Below, piece by piece: positions 9,555-17,180 of a DNA stretch of 64,000 nt. Within the stretch, counting starts at the first letter, position 1. Each line of letters starts with the position of its first letter. The notes below the pieces were generated by a model that searched no databases, was not told where the DNA came from, and saw nothing but the letters and a program-made list of their open reading frames with translations. The position numbers were made by a program, and so were the translations under genes. The DNA comes from Bacteroidota bacterium (GTDB lineage: Bacteria > Bacteroidota > Bacteroidia > JABEUT01), in contig JABDAL010000003.1 of NCBI GenBank assembly GCA_013289165.1, forward strand, positions 6,726 to 70,725, read 5' to 3'.

Positions 9555-10169
9555 TTGGAAATAAAAATCGTCTATAGAACCTATAGTATCAATCAGTTGG
9601 AAGTAAATATCAAGGAGTTAAAGAGCGGCAACGAGAGGGAATTCCGTCAGCTGATGCACGTTTATGGGAAAGGGATATTTAACCTTTGTTTGGGGATGAT
9701 TCCCAACAGGGAAGATGCAGAAGATCTTACCCAGGATGTATTTATAGAAGCATACAAACACATTGGTTCTTTTGGGGAGCGTTCCCATATAAAAACCTGG
9801 CTTTTTCGCATTGCGTTGAATAAGTGTTATGATCATATTAAATATAGCAAGAGGCAAAAAAGGCATGCCATTACACAGCCACTATTTGATAAAGATGATA
9901 ATCCGATAGAATTGCCCTCAAATTTTGAGCATCCGGGTGTAGCTATGGAAAATAAGGAACATGCCAAAGCCCTTTATGGTGCCTTAGCTGCACTACCTGA
10001 AAACCAACATACTGCATTCACCTTATATGAAATGCAGGGCATGGATTATAAGCAAATAGCCGAAACCATGTCTCTAAGTGTCTCTGCTGTTGAATCTTTA
10101 CTATCACGTGCCAGAGCCGGATTACGTAAAAAGTTACACACATATTATACCCGAAACGCAAGTTCCTAA
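9555..10169 (+). CDS. ECF-type RNA polymerase sigma-70 family factor
   Basis: 204-aa ORF (TTG start in the track). It has sigma region 2 (EDLTQDVFIEAYK, WLFRIALNKCYD) and a region 4 HTH (YKQIAETMSLSVSAVESLLSRAR). Confidence 0.85.
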   Translation: MEIKIVYRTYSINQLEVNIKELKSGNEREFRQLMHVYGKGIFNLCLGMIPNREDAEDLTQDVFIEAYKHIGSFGERSHIKTWLFRIALNKCYDHIKYSKRQKRHAITQPLFDKDDNPIELPSNFEHPGVAMENKEHAKALYGALAALPENQHTAFTLYEMQGMDYKQIAETMSLSVSAVESLLSRARAGLRKKLHTYYTRNASS

Positions 10170-10195
10170 TCCTTTAATCGTCCAATTACCTACAT

Positions 10196-10537
10196 ATGGA
10201 AACCAGACCAAACATAGAAGAACAAATTGATGCAGCCTTAAGGTCTGCAAAAAGTATTCAGCCTGTGGAATTGTCTCCGGATTTTTCTGACAGAGTGATG
10301 AATAAAGTGCATTCACGTGGTAAAGTAAGAATGCTGTATACAGTTTCCCCTCTGTTGAAAGTTGCTGCCATGTTTATTATTATTCTTATCAATGCATTTA
10401 CCCTGAGGCTTTTCTTAAGAAGCGAGCCTGCACAAAATCCGGCGCAATATGCCACCATAAGCGATTTTGTTAACGAGTACCAAATAAACGACACTGGGGA
10501 AGATGTATTAACTCTCAATATACCGAAACATGAATAA
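10196..10537 (+). CDS. putative anti-sigma factor (single-pass membrane protein)
   Basis: 113-aa ORF starting 26 nt after the sigma gene, with one hydrophobic helix (LLKVAAMFIIILINAFTL). The call rests on position. No zinc-binding anti-sigma (HxxxCxxC) motif is present. Confidence 0.5.
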   Translation: METRPNIEEQIDAALRSAKSIQPVELSPDFSDRVMNKVHSRGKVRMLYTVSPLLKVAAMFIIILINAFTLRLFLRSEPAQNPAQYATISDFVNEYQINDTGEDVLTLNIPKHE

Positions 10538-10793
10538 TGCTAAGCTCACGAATATATTAGTAATTGCACTGATTGTTATAAATGTCCTGTTCCTGGTTGG
10601 CTTTGTTGCATCAGTACATCACCGGCATGGAAACAAGTTTGCCATGCAATACAGATACTCTGGAAGGTCTCATGACAGTTTTAAAACTTTCCACTGTTGT
10701 TTCGGAGCTTGCCGTAGTTACCATGCGGGGTACTACGGTGGCTTCAGAAACCATCACAACTATTACGGGAATCACCGGAATAACTGGTATTAA
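10530..10793 (+). CDS. small membrane-anchored His/Tyr/Gly/Cys-rich protein
   Basis: 87-aa ORF overlapping the previous stop by 8 nt. Its N-terminus (MNNAKLTNILVIALIVINVLFLVGF) is paralogous to that of the next gene (MMNTKLTNILLIILLLFNVAFLG). The low-complexity tail reads HHRHG...FHCCFGACRSYHAGYYGGFRNHHNYYGNHRNNWY. Confidence 0.4.
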   Translation: MNNAKLTNILVIALIVINVLFLVGFVASVHHRHGNKFAMQYRYSGRSHDSFKTFHCCFGACRSYHAGYYGGFRNHHNYYGNHRNNWY

Positions 10794-10815
10794 TATTCTA
10801 TTAACAGGATATTGC

Positions 10816-10823
10816 TATTTTTG
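10816..10823 (+). promoter_or_regulatory. Bacteroidota -7 promoter box (TAnnTTTG)
   Basis: TATTTTTG lies 45 nt upstream of the ATG at 10868. Confidence 0.4.
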
Positions 10824-10867
10824 TAAATGTTTTTACCTAAAATAAAAAATTATTTTTTTAAAATCTG

Positions 10868-11392
10868 ATGATGAATACCAAACTGACCAACATTCTCCTG
10901 ATTATATTGCTTCTTTTTAATGTAGCATTTTTAGGGACTTGGTGGCTAGGACACCACAGGATGCATCACCCTCCCAAAAAAGGGCCTGAAGCAGAAGCAA
11001 GTACTCTCCTGCTCGACCAGGATAAGGGAGGAATGTTTCTCGTAAAAACACTTGGACTGGATACCTTACAGCAAAAAAAACTGGATAATTTATTGCAGGC
11101 TCATTTTGTTTCTCTTCATGAAAATATGGATGCCTACGTTAGAAATCAGTTGAATTTTTTTAATTCACTGAAAAATAATGATAGTACCTATGCTTTCCGT
11201 TGTGCCGATTCAATGGGTATGCTGAAGGTGAAAATGGAAAAGGAGTTTTATAAGCACCTGATGAACATTAAAAATATTTGCAACAGCGGGCAACAAAAGC
11301 AATTTGAAGAATTTACTGAAAGCCTGTCAAAGGAATTCGTGCGTCATCATGATGTTCGAAGCAGTGGAAAGACAAGTCACGATTCCTTATAA
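10868..11392 (+). CDS. Spy/CpxP-family (LTXXQ) periplasmic protein, membrane-anchored
   Basis: 174-aa ORF with an N-terminal hydrophobic anchor, a His-rich linker (GHHRMHHPP) and an LTXXQ-like motif (LDTLQQKKLDNLL). The remainder is helical. Confidence 0.6.
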   Translation: MMNTKLTNILLIILLLFNVAFLGTWWLGHHRMHHPPKKGPEAEASTLLLDQDKGGMFLVKTLGLDTLQQKKLDNLLQAHFVSLHENMDAYVRNQLNFFNSLKNNDSTYAFRCADSMGMLKVKMEKEFYKHLMNIKNICNSGQQKQFEEFTESLSKEFVRHHDVRSSGKTSHDSL

Positions 11393-11401
11393 ATTTGCTT
11401 T

Positions 11402-14110
11402 ATGTTTAAAAAGTTTCTCCCCGGGTTTATTGCATTGGCAATAAGCCATGCTATATGTGCTCAAATGCCCGCCGGTGGCGGTGGTATGCGGGGTGCGTGG
11501 GCAAAAGTGGGGCACTTTTACGGTAAAGTAGTTGATAGTATGACAGGAAAACCCATCCCCTTTGCTGCCATCCAGATTTCAGGGCCGCAGTGGGACTCCG
11601 TTACTCATAGTCTTAAAACGGTTGCTTTGGAGGGACAGCTCACAAGTGAAAATGGGGAGTTTAGTTTTGAAAAACTTCCGGTGGTAGGACAATTTACTAT
11701 CCAGATAAGCGCCTTGGGATATAAGCCTTATTCGCAAACAGCTTCGTTTGATTTAAGCAAGTTGATGAAGAATGGCAAGAAACTTCAAAGTGCTGCTAAT
11801 GGCGATAGCCCCGATCCAAATGCCATGATGAGTTTAATAAATGCAGTAGATAAAGATTTGGGAAACATTAAAGTATCGCCTGACGAAACCCAGTTAAAAG
11901 CAGTTACCATTAATGGAAGCGGCCCTCCGATGGAACTCAAACTGGATAAACGTGTTTTTGATGTAAGCAAAAGCCTTACTACTACAGGTGGTACAGCAGA
12001 AGATGTGCTAAAAACAATTCCGGCAGTGAATGTAGACATTGACGGCAATGTTACATTGCGCAACGCATCACCGACTATCTACGTTGACGGGCTCCCAACC
12101 ACCTTAACTATTGACCAGATACCTTCGGATGAGATTGATAAGATAGAAGTAATAACCAATCCTTCAGCCAAGTTTGATGCTTCTGCGGGTACAGGAGGAA
12201 TAATTAATATCATTCTTAAGCATAACCAGGCATTGGGCTATAATGGGTCCGTTCGTGGCGGGGTTGATGAATATGGAAAAGCTAATGCAGGCTTCGATTT
12301 TAATATAAGACAGGGAAAAATAAATTTATTTACTAATCTCCACTATCATGGCGTGGAGCACAAAATGTATGGAACGGAAACACGTGATACAGTTGCCGGA
12401 CAGCCCCAACCATACTTACAAAACAGCCAGAAAGATACAAATACAATGAGCGGATATTTTGCCTTTGCACGGGCAGGATTTGACTGGTTTATTAATAATA
12501 GAAATACCATGACAGTTTCCGGTACGTATGGCACAGGAAATTTTACTGTCCTCGATTTATTGCACACTAATACAGATACCCTGAGAGACGTAACTTCTTT
12601 GCCAAATGCTAACTCATACACATATGAAAATGCCAACTCCACCAGGGTGTTTAATAATACGGGCGAGTCGGTACTTTTTAAACATTTATATCCCAAGGAA
12701 GATGAGAATATAACGGCAAGCATTACCGCCAACCAGGGTAGTTCTACTGGAAGTGGAACTTTCGATATCTTCAATTATGATGCTGCAAATAATGGGCTGC
12801 TGTCTAATGTGGATGAACAACAAATTACCAGTGGCAAGAATTATTATTATGTAGGTAAACTAGATTACAGTGACCCTATTACCAAAACTATAAAGCTGGA
12901 AAGCGGACTTATGGCGACCTTAAATAATGTTACGAATAACAATGACATATTAATAAATGGCGAGACTGTAGAAAATGAAAGTACCGATTATGTTTTTAAC
13001 GAACAGATATATGCGGGGTACTTTACTTTCAGCCAGGATTTGACAAGCCGCCTTAGCTACCAGGTAGCACTGAGGGTGGAACAATCGTTATATAGCGGAA
13101 ATGAAACTACCATGCTATCTACAGTCCCATTGACTACTCAATCGCTTTTAAAACCTTTTCCCGGGGGATTCTTAACATACCATCTTACCGAGAAGAGCGA
13201 TTTGCAATTGAGCTATACCACACACATTACACGGCCATCTTTTAACCAGTTGGTAGTAAATAATTACTCCAACCCGGAAAGTATACAGTTAGCCAATCCC
13301 AACCTGGCTCCTGCATACCAAAATTCTTTCGAGTTGAACTATATAAATACATTTGACAAGCGTAACTCTTTGTTGTTTTCATTGTACTATAAAATCACCT
13401 ACGATTTGATAACTATCCAGTCAAGGCCGTCGGTATATAATGACACATTGAAATCGTACCAGTATATTAACACCTACGAAAATGCAAACTATGGCTATTC
13501 GGAGGGGGGAGAAATCACCTTGCAAAATTCACCTTTTAGCTGGCTTGATGTGACAAGTAATTTTAATCTTTTTGAATCGGGCATCAATGCCACCAATTTG
13601 AATATACCTGATACCACTAAGCCATACCTGAGTTATTTTGCCAAATTGAACCTTACTTTTAAATTACCCAAAAATTTCTCCATCCAGTTAAACGGCAGCT
13701 ACCAGTCAGAAACAGAAATTTCTGCAGGTGGCGGAGGTGGTGGCGGAGGCCGCTGGGGTGGAGGCTATGGCGGAGGAATTACTCCTTCGGCTAGCGGATA
13801 CATAGCTCCCACTTATTCAATGGATGCAGCAATAAAGAAAGAATTTTTGAAAAATAACAAAGCATCACTTACTGTAAACTGCCGTGATGTGTTCGCAACG
13901 GCTGTGAATGGTACCTCGGTAGTTGCAGCCGATGAAGCCGGAACACCTTTATATTACCAGACAACTTCCAGGAAAAGAGACCCGAGATTTGTTTCGGTTA
14001 ACTTCAGCTACCGCTTTGGGCAAACGGATATTTCCATCTTCAAGCGGAAAAATAATAACATTGATACCGGTCCCGATATGGGCACCGATACGGGTGGAAA
14101 CGCTCAATAA
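11402..14110 (+). CDS. large outer-membrane beta-barrel protein (CarboxypepD_reg-like domain, plug and TonB-dependent-receptor-like barrel)
   Basis: 902-aa ORF with a signal peptide, an N-terminal GKVVDSMTGKPIPFAAIQI domain, a plug-like segment (DVLKTIPAVNVD...IYVDGLP...IDKIEVITNPSAKFDA), and a long barrel ending VNFSYRFG. Confidence 0.8.
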   Translation: MFKKFLPGFIALAISHAICAQMPAGGGGMRGAWAKVGHFYGKVVDSMTGKPIPFAAIQISGPQWDSVTHSLKTVALEGQLTSENGEFSFEKLPVVGQFTIQISALGYKPYSQTASFDLSKLMKNGKKLQSAANGDSPDPNAMMSLINAVDKDLGNIKVSPDETQLKAVTINGSGPPMELKLDKRVFDVSKSLTTTGGTAEDVLKTIPAVNVDIDGNVTLRNASPTIYVDGLPTTLTIDQIPSDEIDKIEVITNPSAKFDASAGTGGIINIILKHNQALGYNGSVRGGVDEYGKANAGFDFNIRQGKINLFTNLHYHGVEHKMYGTETRDTVAGQPQPYLQNSQKDTNTMSGYFAFARAGFDWFINNRNTMTVSGTYGTGNFTVLDLLHTNTDTLRDVTSLPNANSYTYENANSTRVFNNTGESVLFKHLYPKEDENITASITANQGSSTGSGTFDIFNYDAANNGLLSNVDEQQITSGKNYYYVGKLDYSDPITKTIKLESGLMATLNNVTNNNDILINGETVENESTDYVFNEQIYAGYFTFSQDLTSRLSYQVALRVEQSLYSGNETTMLSTVPLTTQSLLKPFPGGFLTYHLTEKSDLQLSYTTHITRPSFNQLVVNNYSNPESIQLANPNLAPAYQNSFELNYINTFDKRNSLLFSLYYKITYDLITIQSRPSVYNDTLKSYQYINTYENANYGYSEGGEITLQNSPFSWLDVTSNFNLFESGINATNLNIPDTTKPYLSYFAKLNLTFKLPKNFSIQLNGSYQSETEISAGGGGGGGGRWGGGYGGGITPSASGYIAPTYSMDAAIKKEFLKNNKASLTVNCRDVFATAVNGTSVVAADEAGTPLYYQTTSRKRDPRFVSVNFSYRFGQTDISIFKRKNNNIDTGPDMGTDTGGNAQ

Positions 14111-14144
14111 GTTGGGGCCCGACGGGCAAATATTAAAGGTACAA

Positions 14145-14175
14145 CGTACCCACTAAGCATAACTTAGTGGGTACG
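14145..14175. terminator. perfect 13-bp stem / 5-nt loop hairpin between convergent genes
   Basis: CGTACCCACTAAG-CATAA-CTTAGTGGGTACG. It lies 35 nt after the OMP stop and 33 nt beyond the stop of the minus-strand TPR gene. The flanks are only weakly T-rich. Confidence 0.5.
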
Positions 14176-14207
14176 GGGGAGACAAGGATTTTATTTCATA
14201 AAATGAA

Positions 14208-16753
14208 TTAACTCCTCTTCTTTTTTAAATCTGAAATTTTATGCAACAATAATTTTGTATTTGGGTGATTTTCTCCCAAAGTTTTCATGAAAATTTCAAA
14301 TGCCTTATCGTAATGAATACTAGCCATTTCAAAATCCTTAATTGTTTCATACACAGTCCCTAGATTATTGTACTGCGTTGCTATTGAAGGGTGTTCCTCA
14401 TCATAAAATAACTTCCCAACTGTCAATGCTTTTTCATAGTTTAAAATAGCACTACTGAATTTTCCTGTTCGATGGTATACGGAGCCAATACCATTGTAGC
14501 AATTAGAAGTCATTGGATGTTTTTGTTCCCCATACTTTTTCTCTAATATTTCTAGTGCTTTAAAAAGGAAATAAAGTGCTTTATTATATTTTCTTTTTTC
14601 CTCCTAGCAATGTGCAAGATTATGATAACAAAATACAAGGTTGGGATGTTCTTCACCATGAAATCTTTTTTCAATACTTAATGCTTTTTTATAATTATCA
14701 ATTGCTTTATCAAAATTTCCTTTGTAAGCCAATACTGCACCAATGTTGTTATAATCAATTGCAACGTCCGGATGCTCATTTGGATAGAATTTTTTATCTA
14801 TTTCAAGAGCTACTTCATAATACTTAAGCGCTTTATCCTTATCTCCTTTATTTCCCCACGTCAAACCAATATTGTTATTTATAACAGCAACACGTGGATG
14901 TTGTTCTCCATAAATTTTTTATCTATAACTAATGCCTTCTCAAAATAGTCTATTGCATTATCATAATCTCCTTTCGCATCCACAGATTGACCAATATTAT
15001 TATATATCATAGCAACAGAAGGGTGGTCATCCCCATAAATTAATTTATCAATAATTAGTGCTTTGTCATAATAGCTAATTGCTTTATCATATTCACCTTT
15101 ATTATAAAGTGCCTGCCCAATATTACTATAACGCATTGCTATATTTGGATGTTGTTCTCCATAAAATTTCCTATCAATAACCAATGCTTTCTCATAATAG
15201 CTAATGGCTTTATTATAGTCTCCTTTATGTTCCCATATTAACCCTATATTATTATATGCTTGCGTAATATCTGGATTCACTTCCCCATATGATTTTATAT
15301 TCATATCAACCGCTTTTTCCAAATAATGCAACGCTTTATCGTAATCTCCTCTTTTTTCTAATGTCATGCCAAAGTTATTGTAGATTGAGCCTTTAGCATC
15401 ATCATCTTTTTCAAGATTCAAAGCATTCTCATACAGGCTGATTGCCCTATCAAAGTCTCCCTTATCAGCATAAACCGAAGCAAGACTGTTATAGCAACTT
15501 GACAAAGACTCACTTTCGTCACTACCTAAATTTTGAAATATTGTAATAGCTTTTTCAGTATAAACAATTGCCTGGTCATTAATTCGCTTCTGGAACAATA
15601 TCGAGCCAATATTATAGTAACATGTTGCTGTCGCTTCATGATCTTCCCCATTATTTTTTCGGCTAATAGCAAGGCCTTTTTCAAAATAATTAAGTGCTTT
15701 ATCAAATTCTCCTTTTTGTGCTATAACTACTCCTAATAATTTATAGTAGACTTCAAATTCTGGGGCATCTTCGGCTTTATTTTTTCCTTCAATTGTAATT
15801 ATTTTTTCATAGTACGATATAGATTGGTTATAATTACCAATTTCAAAGCAAATGGAAGCAGCTTCCATAAGATACAAAATGTTGTCAGAATCAATCTTTG
15901 TAGCTAACTCAAAATATTCAAGGCTAGCACTATAATCCAACTGCAATTTTTTAACTTTTCCCAATTGGTAAAAAGTTTCTGCAGATTCCGTTATAGATTT
16001 TTTAGCCGCTTCTTTCAGATGTATTTCTGCCTTTTCGTAATCACCTGAATCTATTTCAATTAAAGCTTGGTTCTTTAAAAGGCTTTTATCCTTTTCAGCA
16101 GTAAGATGTTTTTCAAGCTCTTGTTTGTCTTTCTCTAGCTGTTTTTTCCCTTCATTACTTTCTTGTAGAGACTTTTTTAAAATGCGTACACTTTCAGTTA
16201 GATTTTTAAGTTGCTTTCTTTCTTCGAATGTCAATTGTACTTTCGCTTCTAATTCATTAATCCGCTTGTCCTTCTCAGCAAGAGATTGCATTGCAATTAG
16301 TACAGCTTGAGGCAGAAATTGTGAAACGTTATCTCCTGAATTTTGGATAATAGTCATTTTTTCAGCGTTAAAACTATCACGAGTCGTAAGGCTATTCGCA
16401 TCGCCATAAATATTAATTCCTTTAATATTTACATTGGGTACTTGTTCTTTGATTACATTTATCAAGCTCTGTACAATCTCCAAAAATTGATTATCCTTTT
16501 CAGCTTCCACAGCATTAAGGCTATCCTCTAATTGTTTTTGATCTTCGTCAGATTCAGGATTCTTTTCAATAGCCTCAAGAGATACTTTATTTCCGAATTT
16601 TTTTGCTAAGAAATTCTTTACTGATTTATACGAATCTTTAATAGCTTCTTTTGAAGTATCCTTTAATCCCTCTTTTGCGCCAAGTTTTAATGCAAGTACT
16701 ATGGCTGTAATAATTGGTCCCATTAAACGATTATTATGGGTGTTAAAATACAA
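14208..16753 (-). pseudogene. roughly 840-aa protein (N-terminal module, coiled coil, KLC-type TPR array) split into three ORFs by one frameshift and one in-frame TAG
   Basis: The track ORFs 14879..16753, 14604..14864 and 14208..14513 all carry the same TPR consensus (..YNN(I/L)G.VY..KG(D/E)YDKAI.YYEKAL.I.KK.YGE.HP..A). The reading continues across TAG 14604-14606 in frame (..LAHC*EEKRKYNKAL..). It continues across 14912-14920 after adding one base (..DKK(I/F)YGEQHPRVAVINNNIGLTWGNKGD..). The probable start is the ATG at 16723. Confidence 0.75.
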
Positions 16754-16778
16754 AATAATTTTGAAACTTATTAGTAAA

Positions 16779-16812
16779 AAAGCACCCCCGTACCCGCTAA
16801 GCTGTGCTTTTG
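16779..16812. repeat. second, partly decayed copy of the 14145-14179 palindromic element, nested in an 8-bp inverted repeat
   Basis: CCCCCGTACCCGCTAAG (16786-16802) is the reverse complement of 14163-14179 with one mismatch. It is flanked by AAAAGCAC (16779-16786) and GTGCTTTT (16805-16812). Confidence 0.7.
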
Positions 16813-17144
16813 GGCTTGTATCCTTTTAAGTTGAGCTTAAACCCCATCAGGGTGGTATGTCGGTAGATAATCCATACCATAGAAAAACCACCCGCCGAAA
16901 CCTTTTACCAATATATGCACAGGTTCTTCGGTGGGTAATGCAATTGGTTTGTTTTATCTTTCTACCAACAGATAGCCCCGAAGGGGCAGCGTGAGGGATA
17001 GCAGCGGAAGGCCCGGAATGAAATGAGGACTTGCAGCGTATAGCCCGACGGCTTGTGCATCAGCCGGCACGCCCAAAATGAGGTGAAGGAGAAAGTTAGG
17101 GCAAGATTGCTTCGTTCCTCGCAATGACGAGGCCTTTCCAATTC
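16813..17144. other. GC-richer, hairpin-rich non-coding stretch with internal degenerate repeats (unassigned)
   Basis: No credible ORF. It contains the hairpins GCCCCGAAGGGGC (16975-16987) and CCTCGCAATGACGAGG (17117-17132). GCCCGGAATGAAATGAGGA (17011-17029) is echoed by GCCCAAAATGAGGTGAAGGA (17071-17090). Confidence 0.5.
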
Positions 17145-17172
17145 CTAATTATTAATTGCTAATTATTAATTG
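17145..17172. repeat. perfect 14-nt tandem duplication (CTAATTATTAATTG x2)
   Basis: Read directly from the sequence. It lies immediately downstream of the typA stop codon (17181-17183, minus strand). Confidence 0.9.
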
Positions 17173-17180
17173 CCGAAGGC

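Noticed and set aside
10582-10845. Alternative-frame 87-aa ORF ending ..ETITTITGITGITGINILL over the His-rich mini-gene.
   Set aside because: The 10530 frame has an N-terminal anchor paralogous to the next gene and overlaps the preceding stop in operon fashion. The alternative frame has no such support. Its ITG repeats are just the 9-nt DNA repeat read in another frame.
14208-16753. Regular ~126-nt periodicity in the DNA that could be mistaken for a CRISPR-like or satellite array.
   Set aside because: The periodicity is the 42-codon TPR unit of a protein-coding gene. The units are only similar at the protein-consensus level, with no identical direct repeats or unique spacers.
16724-16753. 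The first ten residues (MYFNTHNNRL) of the 624-aa TPR ORF.
   Set aside because: I could not reproduce these residues cleanly from my own reading of the G-run around 16738-16741. The first convincing start is the ATG at 16721-16723 (MGPIITAIV...). I therefore do not rely on the extension.
16813-17144. Possible RNase P RNA, tmRNA, SRP RNA or tRNA in the long typA-downstream spacer.
   Set aside because: I could not find the universal cores: GAGGAAAGUCC...ACAGAA for RNase P, a tRNA-like GGGG...UCCACCA plus tag ORF for tmRNA, the SRP domain IV GGAA/AGCA symmetric loop context, or a tRNA T-loop GTTCGAATC. It is left as unassigned structured non-coding DNA.
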